The notes beneath the pieces are model-generated. The model was given only the letters and a program-made list of their open reading frames with translations, searched no databases and was not told the origin of the DNA. A DNA stretch of 64,000 nt from Chthonomonadales bacterium (GTDB taxonomy: Bacteria > Armatimonadota > Chthonomonadetes > Chthonomonadales > CAJBBX01), in the NCBI GenBank assembly GCA_037443035.1, contig JBBIPC010000005.1, positions 32,001 to 96,000 on the forward strand. Reading direction: 5' to 3'. Each line of letters opens with the position of its first letter. The first letter of the stretch is position 1. Both the position numbers and the translations under genes were made by a program. Positions 1 through 10,136 of this stretch are shown one piece after another.

Positions 1-582
1 GGCGTCCAGCCGTTCCTTCCTGACGCCGACCTGGATCTCCCGAACATCGCCTCCGGTGACCGTTACGGCAGCGACGCCGCTGATCTTGCTGAGGCGGGGC
101 TTGACGATGTTGTCGGCAATGTCGCGGATTTCCCGGCTAGGGCGCTTTCCCACGATGCCGTAGTAGATGATCGGCATCGAGTTGATGTCGAACTTGAGGA
201 CCACAGGGTCCTTGCAATCGTCGGGTAACGAAGCTCGAAGAGCGCTAACCTTCTCACGGACATCGGAAGCCGCCACGTCGGATGGCGTGCCTATGTTGAA
301 CTCGATGGTAACGGCGCTCTGGCCCTCCTGAGAGTTGGAGGTGATCGTCTTGACGCCGTTGACGCTTGCCACGGCGTCTTCGATTTTCTTCGTTACCTGG
401 GTCTCGATCTCCTGAGGTCCTGCGCCCGGGTAGATGGTAAGCACCGCGATCATGGGAAAGTCCACGCGCGGATTCAGCTCCAGGCTCATCTTGCTGCGGG
501 AATTCCAGCCGAGGACGATGAGTGCCGATACCAGCATGAGGATGAAGACAGGACGGCGGATGGCAAGGTTAGTCAGCCACAT
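1..582 (-). CDS. Efflux RND transporter permease (AcrB/AcrD/AcrF family), N-terminal part, runs off the window edge
   Basis: Manual translation from ATG at 582 gives MWLTNLAIRRPVFILM...ELNPRVDFP...YPGAGPQEIETQVTKKIEDAVASVNGVK, a typical RND N-terminus. GGAG RBS upstream; follows the MFP gene. Confidence 0.93.
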   Translation of the reverse strand, partial: MWLTNLAIRRPVFILMLVSALIVLGWNSRSKMSLELNPRVDFPMIAVLTIYPGAGPQEIETQVTKKIEDAVASVNGVKTITSNSQEGQSAVTIEFNIGTPSDVAASDVREKVSALRASLPDDCKDPVVLKFDINSMPIIYYGIVGKRPSREIRDIADNIVKPRLSKISGVAAVTVTGGDVREIQVGVRKERLDA

Positions 583-612
583 ACAGGACTCCTTCCAATG
601 CAGTTCGGCCGG

Positions 613-2151
613 CTAGCGCACAGTGACTGTATCGCCGTTCCGCAGCACGTTCTGTCCTGCGACAACGACCCGGTCGCCCGGCTTCACACCCGAGAGGATT
701 TCCACGAACTCCGGATTGCTGAATCCAACCCGCACCTTGCGTTCTTCCGCCCTGTTGTTCGCGTCCACGACGAAAACGGTTGCCTCGCTATCCGTGCCCC
801 CGAAGATCACCGCGTCCTTATTGACCAGCGTGGCATTCCGATGGGTCCCAACGTTGATCATGCCTCTTGCGAACATCTGGGGCCTCAGCCGGCTATCACC
901 TTGGAAATCCACGCGGACGGTGAAGCTCCGGGCGGCAGATGATGCCACTGGAAAGATCCTCGTGACCCGTCCGGCGTATCTGCGGTTCGGCAGCGCATCC
1001 ACGGTGACGTCCACCGGTTGGCCAACGGCGAGATCAGCGTATTCGCTTTCGGAGACGGTGGCTTGGAAGTACACAGAGCCAGGGGCCACAATACGAACGA
1101 TGGGTCCACCAGCGCCAAGCTGCTGTCCCGGCTCAGCGAGTCGCGCTGCAACATACCCATTCACGGGAGCCCGCACGTAAGCGTTATTCAGCGCGTTCTT
1201 GGCAATGTCCAGTGCCGCCCGCGCCTGTCGCACAGACTGCTCGGCAGTGGCAACGCCTGCCTGCGCAGAGCGAAGCGCTGCTCTGGCATTGGCTACGTCT
1301 GCCTTTCTCAGATCCACCTGACGGCGATCTGCCTCGGCCTTCTTCAGACCTTCTTGAGCCTGCTCCACTGCTAGCTCGGCCTTGCGGATGTCTTCCTTCC
1401 GCGCCCCCTCTTGAACGAGGGAAAATGCCTCGAGCGCGGTCCGATAGCTCGCTTCGGCTGCATCGTACGAAGCCTGGACCTGATCGAGCTGACTGGCGGA
1501 GATGGCCTGATCCTGGTACAGCTCTTTCATGCGCTTCAGGTCTGCCGACAACTTGTCGAGATTCGCCTTGGCCGCTCGGACTTGCTGCTGGGCCTGCTCA
1601 CGCTCCTGTTGCCGGGCGCCCTGACGCACGACGGAGAGCGTCTGCTCTGCCGAGGCCAGAGCCGCCCTAGCGACCGCCAGCGCTGCTGCCGTGCTCTTGT
1701 CCGTCACATCGAGGTTCATCTCGGCCTGCGACAGTTGGTTCCGCGCCTGCTCGGCAAGTATGTTCGCCTGATGTTGGCGCGCGACTGCAGCATCGAGATT
1801 GGCCCGAGCTGACTCCACCTGCGCTTGGTAGTCCACCATGTCCATCGTGGCAACGATCTGTCCGACGGTCACCGGATCGCCCTCGCGCACGAGAACGGCG
1901 GTAACCTTGCCAGCCATGCGAGCACCAACCACCACGTCGTTCAGCGCAACCAGGCTTCCCGTGACTTCCACGGACTTCGAAATATCGCGCCTGATCGCGG
2001 GCGCGACCGTAACTGCGGCACCGCCATTGCCATGCGCTTCACGTTTCTCTGGCGCTGCAGTCCTGCTGCAGCCGCCGACGACAGCGCCAACGATAGCGAC
2101 GGCGACAAGCAGAGCCGATCGCTGCATAGGGTGAGAAGTCTTGCTGATCAC
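613..2151 (-). CDS. Efflux RND periplasmic adaptor (MFP), lipoprotein with long coiled-coil hairpin
   Basis: Lipobox-like VGGC, lipoyl halves (GKVTAVLVREGDPV, VRAPVNGYV), C-terminal EILSGVKPGDRVVVAG; GTGA overlap with the TolC stop. Confidence 0.92.
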   Translation of the reverse strand: MISKTSHPMQRSALLVAVAIVGAVVGGCSRTAAPEKREAHGNGGAAVTVAPAIRRDISKSVEVTGSLVALNDVVVGARMAGKVTAVLVREGDPVTVGQIVATMDMVDYQAQVESARANLDAAVARQHQANILAEQARNQLSQAEMNLDVTDKSTAAALAVARAALASAEQTLSVVRQGARQQEREQAQQQVRAAKANLDKLSADLKRMKELYQDQAISASQLDQVQASYDAAEASYRTALEAFSLVQEGARKEDIRKAELAVEQAQEGLKKAEADRRQVDLRKADVANARAALRSAQAGVATAEQSVRQARAALDIAKNALNNAYVRAPVNGYVAARLAEPGQQLGAGGPIVRIVAPGSVYFQATVSESEYADLAVGQPVDVTVDALPNRRYAGRVTRIFPVASSAARSFTVRVDFQGDSRLRPQMFARGMINVGTHRNATLVNKDAVIFGGTDSEATVFVVDANNRAEERKVRVGFSNPEFVEILSGVKPGDRVVVAGQNVLRNGDTVTVR

Positions 2152-3569
2152 TTGCGTTCTCCAGGGGGGACCGTGTCCAGACCAGGTCGGGCGTTGGCTC
2201 CATAGGCGTACTTTCCGGTAGCACGCTCCAGCCTCGTCCGAGCAGTCTCGACGTCGTACTGAGCATTGATCTTGTTCGTTTGCGCTTGTGTCAGGGCCGT
2301 CTGAGCGTCACTGATCTCCAGCAAAGGTGATCCACCCGGCGTAAGCGTTACGCCTGCCTTGTATCGGACCTGCGCCAGGCGATAGGCCTCCTCCGCCTGT
2401 GCCAGCGCTGCCTCGGCAACCTTGAGCCGCTCATTCGCTTCCACAAGCGACAGGTAGGCCTGACGCACCTCCAGGGCAATGCCATCCATAGCTTGCCGTC
2501 GGCTCAAGCGCGCAGCTTCGAGGCTCGCTTCGGCCTGCTGACGCCGTGCGGCCCCGACCCCTCCGTCGAAGATCGGCACCGTAACCTTGGCGACGGCAGC
2601 CCAGGAAGACTTGCGGCCGAACGCACCGGCGTCAGGAGTATATTGCTGGCTCCAGGCCACAGCCAGAGTGGGTAACTGACTGCGGCTGGCGAGGTAATGA
2701 CCCTTCTCTGCGGCCTTGATGCCGGCCTCGGCTTGCAGCACCTCAGGCCGAACGCGGTACGCCTCATCCAGCGCGGCGTCCAGAGGCGGAGGCGTCACAG
2801 GCGAGGGTGGAGAAGGCAGCGGTTCGAGCTCCAGTGGCGTGTTCTGGTCCAGCCCCATGATGTTGTCGAGGGCTGCTGTTGCCAGGTCCACTCGGTTGCG
2901 CGCGCTGATAAGGTTCTGCCGGGCATTGGCGATATCCGCCTGCGAGCGAAGGACGTCGAACTTAGTCCCTGTGCCGGCTTTCAAGTAGGCTTCCGCAATG
3001 CGGCCCCGTTCCTCTGCATTCTTCAGCGCCTGTTCTGCGACCTCGACGAACGCCTGGGCCCGGAGCACGTCGTAGTATGCCGTGGTCACATCCTGAACGA
3101 GCTGATTCCGCTGCCGGTTGTAGTCCAGACGTGCGATGAGATACTGAAACTCGGAGAGGGACGCCGCGGCTTTGAGCATGCCCGAGATGTCCACCGGCAC
3201 AGCGGCCGTGATCGTCGCGCTCTTCTGATCCTGTTTGACAATCGTGATACGTTGGGAAGGGTCGGCGCCGAGCTGGGCAGTGACGCCCTGATCCAGATGG
3301 GTCAGTGAGCCCTCAGCGCTGAGTGTTGGTAGGAACGCCGACTTGCTTTCGTTCAGCGCCCCTCGCGCTTTCACGACCTGCTGAGCCGCCGCTCTGAGTG
3401 CCAGGCTATTGCCTAGTGCGGTCTCCACAGCCGACTGCAGCGTGATCTTGCGCGCGGCCGGCTTGGAACCCGGCACCGTAGTCGGTCCCGGTGCCTGAGC
3501 CGGCGCGCTGGGTACCAAGCAGACGCCGAGGGTGGCTCCAACCAGACCGATCCATAGGCGTTGTATCAT
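2148..3569 (-). CDS. TolC-family outer membrane efflux protein
   Basis: Signal peptide, ITLQSAVETALGNS, two OEP repeats (FLPTLS; VPIFDGG; RYKAG). ATG at 3569 has a GAGGAG RBS; the ORF track extends it to 3584. Confidence 0.92.
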   Translation of the reverse strand: MIQRLWIGLVGATLGVCLVPSAPAQAPGPTTVPGSKPAARKITLQSAVETALGNSLALRAAAQQVVKARGALNESKSAFLPTLSAEGSLTHLDQGVTAQLGADPSQRITIVKQDQKSATITAAVPVDISGMLKAAASLSEFQYLIARLDYNRQRNQLVQDVTTAYYDVLRAQAFVEVAEQALKNAEERGRIAEAYLKAGTGTKFDVLRSQADIANARQNLISARNRVDLATAALDNIMGLDQNTPLELEPLPSPPSPVTPPPLDAALDEAYRVRPEVLQAEAGIKAAEKGHYLASRSQLPTLAVAWSQQYTPDAGAFGRKSSWAAVAKVTVPIFDGGVGAARRQQAEASLEAARLSRRQAMDGIALEVRQAYLSLVEANERLKVAEAALAQAEEAYRLAQVRYKAGVTLTPGGSPLLEISDAQTALTQAQTNKINAQYDVETARTRLERATGKYAYGANARPGLDTVPPGERK

Positions 3570-3588
3570 AGGCTTTCTCCTCATCTTG

Positions 3589-4218
3589 TCAATCCGCGGC
3601 GTCCTGACGCGTCGTCAGCCCATGCATGAGCAAGCGCGTGAAATGGACCGCCATGTGTTCGGCCACGGCCTCCCACTCCTCACGTGGCAAGCGTCCGTGG
3701 ATGATGAAAAACGTAACAGAAGTGCCCAGGATGCTCCCCGCAACGACTTTCGGGTCAACATCCGAACGGATATGTCCGGCAGCCTGATGCCTGCGCAAGT
3801 ACGCTGCGATGGCATCGTGCGTTTCGTCGTTGTACTGCTGGCTGAGCGCTGCCAGTTCTCCATCGCGAAGCATCTCGGCCGCGTGCATGCGGAATGCTGG
3901 CCCGTTCTCGTATAGGATGTCGAGATGCTCCCGGATCAAGTGATGAAGGACTTCGCCCACAGGGCGGTCATCTGCCTCCTGAACGATAGCGAGAGCACGT
4001 GCGTGCCAACTGTGCCTGTGCCAGCACTCACTGATGAGTGCCGCCTTGCTGGGGAAGTAGTGGTAGATGAGCCCTTCTGTGATGCCGACCTCCCGGGCGA
4101 TATCCCGAATGGTCGTACCCTCATAGCCTTTCTCACAGAAGAGCCGGACAGCCGCGTCGAGAATCTCCTCCCTGCGCTGCTCCGCTCCGTGGCGGCGTGG
4201 TTCTGGGATAGCCGTCAT
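3589..4218 (-). CDS. TetR/AcrR family transcriptional regulator
   Basis: HTH: RREEILDAAVRLFCEKGYEGTTIRDIAREVGITEGLIYHYFPSK; first gene of the efflux operon. Confidence 0.95.
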   Translation of the reverse strand: MTAIPEPRRHGAEQRREEILDAAVRLFCEKGYEGTTIRDIAREVGITEGLIYHYFPSKAALISECWHRHSWHARALAIVQEADDRPVGEVLHHLIREHLDILYENGPAFRMHAAEMLRDGELAALSQQYNDETHDAIAAYLRRHQAAGHIRSDVDPKVVAGSILGTSVTFFIIHGRLPREEWEAVAEHMAVHFTRLLMHGLTTRQDAAD

Positions 4219-4232
4219 GCGCACCTGCGTTG

Positions 4233-4252
4233 TTGAGTAAATGTTCAATCAA
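4233..4252. promoter_or_regulatory. Candidate TetR operator (imperfect 20-bp palindrome)
   Basis: TTGAGTAAATGTTCAATCAA, 14/20 self-complementary and AT-rich, between a minus-strand TATCAT (4257-4252) and the tetR start. Confidence 0.5.
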
Positions 4253-4380
4253 TGATACCGCATGTCTGCCACGAAAGTTTCACCTCTGGTGAGTCTTTTT
4301 CGGGCAGTTCGGCAGACCGTCTGGGCAACGTTCCAGGAACGCAGGACTCCGCGCCGCTTGCAGCGTACAATGTACTGACC

Positions 4381-4902
4381 ATGACGAGTTCCACAGACAA
4401 GGGCAGCTCTGCAAAGAAAGACGATCGCGGCGCGGTGAGCTTTCGCGCCTGGGGCGAGGAGGTCATACGCCAACGCATTGGCAAGCTCCTCAGCTACACG
4501 CGAGCGGTCCGTCGAGGCAACGATCCCGACGCCCTACACGATATGCGTGTGGCGTCCCGGCGCCTGCGCGCGGCGCTCAATGTCTTCGCCGAAGCTTTCG
4601 AATGCCCGGACTACGGCCGACTCCAGAAGGAGATGCGTCAAGTCACCGCTGCGCTGAGCCGCGCACGGGATCTCGACGTCATGATCGCTGGTCTGCAGAA
4701 AGATGCAGCCCGGCTTCCTGCTAGCCAGCGCAGCGTTATCAGCGACGTCATCCGCGAATGGACGGCCGAGCGACGCAAGGCACAAGGGGATGTTGTGGCG
4801 ATCCTGGACAGGCTGATAGCATCGGATATCGCGGGTGTGTTCGAGGGTATCGTAGCTGCCACGGCGCCCACCTCCGAGGAGCGAGCTGCCCATGAACCGT
4901 GA
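4381..4902 (+). CDS. CHAD-domain (polyphosphate-binding) protein, N-lobe-like half
   Basis: DALHDMRVASRRLRAAL and ARDLDV motifs. TACAAT at 4366-4371 just before the ATG suggests a near-leaderless start. Confidence 0.85.
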   Translation: MTSSTDKGSSAKKDDRGAVSFRAWGEEVIRQRIGKLLSYTRAVRRGNDPDALHDMRVASRRLRAALNVFAEAFECPDYGRLQKEMRQVTAALSRARDLDVMIAGLQKDAARLPASQRSVISDVIREWTAERRKAQGDVVAILDRLIASDIAGVFEGIVAATAPTSEERAAHEP

Positions 4903-5434
4903 ATCTGCCGTCCACGGCATAGATCCCCAGGCGTCGGTTGCGGAGAATGCGCCTCTCATCATCGCAGCCCGAGTGCAGGACCTTGTCCAGTGGGAACCAT
5001 TCCTGAAGGATCCTTCCCGTGTGACAGAACTCCACGAGATGCGCATCGCAGCGAAACGACTCCGTTACACGTTGGAGATCTTCGCACCGCCGCTGGGCGG
5101 CGTGATCCCAGCGGTAATCGAACGTCTCAAAGTGCTGCAGGATCTCTTGGGTGACATCCATGACCTCGACGTGGCGGCGCCGCTCCTGATCAAGTCTGCC
5201 CGGAAGGCTATGAGGATCGGCCGAAAGATGGAGACCTGGCAGGAGACTGACCTGATGAGTGTCGCAGGGCTATGCACGCTTTGTCGAAGGAAACAAGCCC
5301 TCCGTAGGACGCTGCACGCTCGCGCGAAGGCTGAGTGGCGGCGCCTGCGCAAGGACGGACTCCTCGACGCTCTGTGCAGTGGCATGTCGGATGCCAACGC
5401 GAAGACAGGAGGAAGCAATGCCGTGGTGTCCTGA
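4892..5434 (+). CDS. CHAD-domain protein, C-lobe-like half
   Basis: ELHEMRIAAKRLRYTLE and LQDLLGDIHDLDV motifs; GAGGAG upstream; 11-bp overlap with the previous gene. Confidence 0.85.
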   Translation: MNRESAVHGIDPQASVAENAPLIIAARVQDLVQWEPFLKDPSRVTELHEMRIAAKRLRYTLEIFAPPLGGVIPAVIERLKVLQDLLGDIHDLDVAAPLLIKSARKAMRIGRKMETWQETDLMSVAGLCTLCRRKQALRRTLHARAKAEWRRLRKDGLLDALCSGMSDANAKTGGSNAVVS

Positions 5435-5825
5435 ATGCAGAACGGAATACGACGCAGGCATACAGAGATGCGCGGACTGCGGCGCAGCTCTGGTCACGGA
5501 GCTGCCGCCAGAGGACTTCGGCAGAGACCCAGTCATTATCCTCAGGGCCAAGAACGCGCACGAAGCGCAAGTGAGCGCCGCCACGCTCCGCTCGGAAGGC
5601 ATTCCCACCTACGTCGCTTCGCCGGATGTCTACCTGCCTCAGCTCGGCAACCCCGTGGCGTCGGTCACCCCCGAGTTCTTCGTATGGGTACCAGCGGATG
5701 CCGCGGACGACGCTCGACGTGTTCTTTCCCAGCCGCCGGTTTCCGAGGAGGATCTGCTCGAGGCTGAGCAGGCGACGGATCCTGAGCCAGAGATAGACGA
5801 GGAACTCCCGACCGACGCTCCGTAG
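5418..5825 (+). CDS. Zinc-ribbon plus DUF2007-like (PII-fold) small protein
   Basis: MPWCPECRTEY...CADCG zinc ribbon, then EAQVSAATLRSEGIP...VWVPADAADDARRVL; AGGAGG RBS. Confidence 0.75.
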   Translation: MPWCPECRTEYDAGIQRCADCGAALVTELPPEDFGRDPVIILRAKNAHEAQVSAATLRSEGIPTYVASPDVYLPQLGNPVASVTPEFFVWVPADAADDARRVLSQPPVSEEDLLEAEQATDPEPEIDEELPTDAP

Positions 5826-5954
5826 AGTGCTCTGCGAGTTCCCGCGACACGGCGCAGGCAACCCCCGCGAACCCAGCGTGCGTATAGAACACCATGCCAC
5901 GGGAGTGCGAGGGGCTGCGTCGGCGAATCGCACCATCCGCCATGGAGGTTGGCC

Positions 5955-7883
5955 GTGAGGGAGCCATTGCGTCTGTATAGTTTGCTACTCAGAGCTTCGC
6001 TCGGCATTCTTGCCGCTACAGTGCCCATTGCGTCGTGGGCGCAGTTCGGCGGGGTCGAGCATGTGAAGCTGAAGGTCAGAGCACCACAGGTGATCGCACC
6101 CGGGAAGGCGTTCGATCTCGTGGTCAGGCTCGAGATAGACCCAGGCTTCCACATCCAATCGAACAAGCCTGCGCCGAACTACGTACCCACAGTCGTAAAG
6201 GTCAGCGGTCCTTCGGGCTTTGGCTTCGGCGAACCGCGCTATCCGCCATCCGAGCGGGTGCGGGCCGCCGGCGAGACGATACCGGTGTTCTCAGGGACAC
6301 CTGAAGTCTTCGTGCCGGTTACCGTCCCGCGCAAGGCCGCTGGCAAGGTGACGCTGAAGGTTGTCTGCAGCTACCAAGCTTGCGACGAAGGGAGTTGTTA
6401 CCCACCTACGGAGACGACCGCGGAGGTCTCCGTCACCGTGGGTGCACCTGCCCCCCGCACCGAGCAGCATGGGGCGAAACCTGCGCCCAGCACGTCGGGG
6501 ACGGCGCCGTCGAAGCCGACGCATAGTGTTGCGACGCCCGAACCGAAAAAGGCGCCAAGCGTGCCTCTACCGTCGGCCCCTGTGAAGCCAGTCGAGACTG
6601 CTGTCGGTTCGGGAGCAAAGAAGGAGGCGCCGCCCGTTGCAGGTTACTCCATGGCCAAGATCGCACAGTTCGTAGGACCGGAGGAGTTCGCGCGCTTCTT
6701 GGAAGGAGGTTCCTCCGAAGCAGGCGAGAGCGCCGGCCGCGTCTCGCGGCTTCTGCAGTCAGGCAACCTCCTCGTCGCATTGCCGCTCATCTTCCTGCTG
6801 GGGCTGGCGCTGAACCTGACACCCTGCGTCTATCCGATCATCCCCATCACCATCTCGTACTTCGGTTCTCAGACTGGCAAGGATGGCAAGAAGCCGCTCA
6901 CTCTCGCGGTGGTGTACGTGTTGGGAATGGCGTTCATGTACTCGGCTCTGGGTGTTGCCGCGGGAATGACGGGCACTCTCTTCGGCTCCCAACTGCAGAA
7001 CCCGTGGGTTCTGTTCGCCTTCGCACTGGTCATGTTCGCCCTGGCACTCTCCCAGTTCGACCGGCCTGACGGGAGACCCATTTGGGAGTTTCAGTTGCCC
7101 GGCTTCCTTCGGAACCGTGCACAGTCTCGTTCTGGGATCGTTGGTGCGCTGTTGATGGGCATGATGGTAGGAGTAGTTGCGGCGCCATGCATTGGACCTG
7201 CGGTCATTGCTCTGCTCCAGTGGGTGGGAATGCAGCAGAGCCCTATGTTAGGCTTCGCCGTATTCCTCAGTCTTTCTCTTGGTCTCGGACTCCCCTATCT
7301 GTTCCTCGCGACTGCATCCGGCTCGGTCAGGAACCTGCCCAGGGCCGGTGAGTGGATGATGGGCGTGAAACACATCTTCGGTGCCGTATTGATCTGGATG
7401 GGCTTCTACTACCTCCAGACGCCCCTGGCCCTGGTCTATGCCGGGTTGCCGAAGATCGCCATGGTCGGCGTGACCGTCCTGCTGGCGCTCTACCTGCTCT
7501 TCCTCGACCGCTCAGGCGCAGGGATTCGTGGTTTCGCGACGTTCCGACGCCTCGTCGGCATCAGTGCAGTAGCTCTTGCCGTCTGGTTGGCCATGCCCGC
7601 TCCCGCAGAGCGCATCGCGTGGAAACCCTACAGCGATACGGCGTTGGAAAAGGCTATAGCAGAGCGTGAGCCTGTGCTCATAGACTTCACTGCAGCGTGG
7701 TGCGCTGCCTGCAAGGAACTGGAGGAGAAAACCTTCACGGACCCACGTGTAGGTGAGATCTCCAGGCGCTACGTGGCTCTCCGCGCCGACATGACGAACT
7801 ACCGCGGTCCTGAGGCGCAGAAGTGGCAGAAGATCTACGGCATCAGCGGCCTTCCGACGATCGTCCGCCTGACCCCTCTCTAG
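5955..7883 (+). CDS. dsbD: Protein-disulfide reductase DsbD-like (alpha, transmembrane and thioredoxin domains)
   Basis: YQACDEGSCYPP (alpha), LTPCVYP and APCIGP (TM Cys pair), DFTAAWCAACK (Trx); Pro/Ala/Lys linker. Confidence 0.9.
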   Translation: MREPLRLYSLLLRASLGILAATVPIASWAQFGGVEHVKLKVRAPQVIAPGKAFDLVVRLEIDPGFHIQSNKPAPNYVPTVVKVSGPSGFGFGEPRYPPSERVRAAGETIPVFSGTPEVFVPVTVPRKAAGKVTLKVVCSYQACDEGSCYPPTETTAEVSVTVGAPAPRTEQHGAKPAPSTSGTAPSKPTHSVATPEPKKAPSVPLPSAPVKPVETAVGSGAKKEAPPVAGYSMAKIAQFVGPEEFARFLEGGSSEAGESAGRVSRLLQSGNLLVALPLIFLLGLALNLTPCVYPIIPITISYFGSQTGKDGKKPLTLAVVYVLGMAFMYSALGVAAGMTGTLFGSQLQNPWVLFAFALVMFALALSQFDRPDGRPIWEFQLPGFLRNRAQSRSGIVGALLMGMMVGVVAAPCIGPAVIALLQWVGMQQSPMLGFAVFLSLSLGLGLPYLFLATASGSVRNLPRAGEWMMGVKHIFGAVLIWMGFYYLQTPLALVYAGLPKIAMVGVTVLLALYLLFLDRSGAGIRGFATFRRLVGISAVALAVWLAMPAPAERIAWKPYSDTALEKAIAEREPVLIDFTAAWCAACKELEEKTFTDPRVGEISRRYVALRADMTNYRGPEAQKWQKIYGISGLPTIVRLTPL

Positions 7884-8130
7884 ACTGGTATTCCTGCCTG
7901 ATGCGGCGTAACATGGCCTGACGCTGGAAGTGATACCAGGCGCCGACAACGACGGCAGCCAGCAAGAGCGCACCGAGGCCGAGCAAGCCCGGCGCCACAG
8001 CCTCTGCCGCCTTCGGTGACACACCCTCCTCCTCGTGTGCGAGAGCACTCAAGGGTGCCACTATCATCAGCAGTGCGAGCATGCCCCCGAGCCAGGATGC
8101 CAAGGACGCCCATTGTCTCACACGCTTCAC
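7843..8130 (-). CDS. Small membrane protein (signal peptide, N-terminal His, one TM helix)
   Basis: GGAGG RBS before GTG at 8130; ...PLSALA/HEEE... followed by a hydrophobic helix. Confidence 0.6.
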   Translation of the reverse strand: MKRVRQWASLASWLGGMLALLMIVAPLSALAHEEEGVSPKAAEAVAPGLLGLGALLLAAVVVGAWYHFQRQAMLRRIRQEYQSREGSGGRSSEGR

Positions 8131-8234
8131 TTTCTTACCCTCCACCGCTGGCGTTCGCCACCGGGAGTATATCACCTCGAACACGATGGGCGAAGGAAGG
8201 ACCGGCCGTCCATCCGGCAGAAATAGGCGGCGTA

Positions 8235-9188
8235 ATGAACGGGCTCGAGGGCAATGGGGACAACTCCCAAGCTTCGAATGGTCCTCGTGCCAACGACGCC
8301 TGCTTCGAGCACGTCGTTGTCGTCCTCAACCCTGCCGCTGGACGGGGACGGGGTCGGCGTTGGCAGCCCGTCCTCGCGCAGGGCCTCCGCCGTGCGTTGG
8401 GTCGAGAATGCCATATCGAATTCCGCCACACAGAGCTCGATCGAGGTGCCGAGACGGTGGCACGCCAGGCGCTCCATGACGGGGCCGACCTCATTATCGC
8501 GGCAGGTGGTGACGGTACCCTCCACGGTGTTGTCAATGCTCTGGCAGGGTCGGGCGTGCCGGTTGCGCAGATCCCGCTCGGCACGGGCAATGATTTCGCA
8601 CGCGCCGTGGGTATCCCGATGGACCCAATGGAAGCGCTCGAGGTGCTGCGAACCGGTTCTGCGGTACCGGTGGATCTCGGGCTCAAGGGTGAGAGGTACT
8701 TCATCAACGCTGCCGGTTGCGGATTCGATGCAGCAGTGGCGGAACGTATCCAGCGGGGGTTCCGGAGGCTTCGGGGAACACCGGCGTATGTGGCCGCCGT
8801 CATCGCGGCGCTCCTGCGGTACCGTGCCACAGACATGACCGTTACGGTGGATGGCACGACCGTCGCACAGCGGGCGATGCTGTGCGCCGTTGCCAACGGT
8901 CGAAGCTACGGAGGAGGGATGCGTATCGCGCCTGAAGCCCGGTGGGATGATGGTTTGCTGGACATCTGTGTTGTCGCAGCGTGCACACCGCTGGAGTTTC
9001 TGCGAGCGTTCCCCATGGTCTTTCGCGGGGAACACGTGCATCACCCGAAGGTGACTCTGCTCCGCGGGGCCTCCGTCACCGTAGCCAGCGAGCCTGCAGT
9101 ATCGGTGCTCATGGATGGGGAGCTATGCGGCGCGACCCCTGTATCCTTCGGCATTGCACCCGGTGCCCTGCAGTTTGTAGTACCATAG
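8235..9188 (+). CDS. Diacylglycerol kinase family lipid kinase (YegS/Rv2252/BmrU)
   Basis: NPAAG, AGGDGT, PLGTGNDFA, GFDA, YGGG, DDGLLD and DGE motifs. Confidence 0.93.
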   Translation: MNGLEGNGDNSQASNGPRANDACFEHVVVVLNPAAGRGRGRRWQPVLAQGLRRALGRECHIEFRHTELDRGAETVARQALHDGADLIIAAGGDGTLHGVVNALAGSGVPVAQIPLGTGNDFARAVGIPMDPMEALEVLRTGSAVPVDLGLKGERYFINAAGCGFDAAVAERIQRGFRRLRGTPAYVAAVIAALLRYRATDMTVTVDGTTVAQRAMLCAVANGRSYGGGMRIAPEARWDDGLLDICVVAACTPLEFLRAFPMVFRGEHVHHPKVTLLRGASVTVASEPAVSVLMDGELCGATPVSFGIAPGALQFVVP

Positions 9189-9284
9189 GATAGTGCGGTT
9201 GCTTGGTGAAACATCGGCACCGAGGAGAATACGGGCACCGGCTGGTGACGCAGCGTTCCAGACGAGGGCAACGAGAGGCCGACG

Positions 9285-10136
9285 ATGATCTGGAAACGAT
9301 GGCTGACAGCAGTACTAGGAGTTCCGGCCCTGCTGATACTCTGCTGGTTGGGGCCGAAGGTCTTCGCACTGACTATTACGCTCGTGGCAGTCGTCGGTCT
9401 GGGTGAGCTTCTTGCAGCCTACCGAAAGGCCGGCTTTGGACCCAGTGTGCTCGTCGCGGTATCGGGTCTCCTGGGGCCCATGTTGCCCCTTCTCTTCCCG
9501 CACGGCGTCCGTGCATCGGCGATCTCTCTGTCGGGCCTTGCATCGGTCGCGTTGGCGCTCTTCCTGAGCGGGCTCATTCACGAAGTCACCGTTGCGCACC
9601 GAGATCAGAAGGTGACGACGGGCGCGAACGTCGGGCTCGGTATGCTGTGTGGCGGCTACATCGCGTTGTTCGGCGGTATAAGCATGCTTCGTGTCCCGCG
9701 AAACCTGGACGCGGTCCTGCCGGTGGCGAATGCCGACGCGGGCTTCTTCCTCGTCTTGCTCGTGCTCTGCTGTGTCTGGGCGACGGACACCGCAGCCTAC
9801 TACGTGGGGAACAGCGTCGGTTCCGTGAAGCTAGCTCCGGCACTCTCGCCCCACAAGACAGTAGAGGGAGCCGTGGGGGGATTCGCGGCTGCGGTCATCC
9901 TCGGTGCGATCCTGGGTCATCTCCTGCTGGGGCGGGCGTTGCTGGGCTGGGGCATCGGCGCCGCGGCCGGCATCGCAGGCCAGCTCGGCGACCTCTTCGA
10001 GTCGGCGCTGAAGCGGGAGCTGGGCATCAAGGATTTCGGCTCTATCGTTCCAGGTCATGGCGGTATCCTCGACCGCTTCGATAGTCTATTGTTCACTGCG
10101 CCAGCCGTCTGGATATTGGTCCTGGCGCTGGGCTGA
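9285..10136 (+). CDS. cdsA: Phosphatidate cytidylyltransferase
   Basis: WATDTAAY, SPHKTVEG, GDLFESALKRELGIKDFGSIVPGHGGILDRFDS signature. Confidence 0.95.
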   Translation: MIWKRWLTAVLGVPALLILCWLGPKVFALTITLVAVVGLGELLAAYRKAGFGPSVLVAVSGLLGPMLPLLFPHGVRASAISLSGLASVALALFLSGLIHEVTVAHRDQKVTTGANVGLGMLCGGYIALFGGISMLRVPRNLDAVLPVANADAGFFLVLLVLCCVWATDTAAYYVGNSVGSVKLAPALSPHKTVEGAVGGFAAAVILGAILGHLLLGRALLGWGIGAAAGIAGQLGDLFESALKRELGIKDFGSIVPGHGGILDRFDSLLFTAPAVWILVLALG

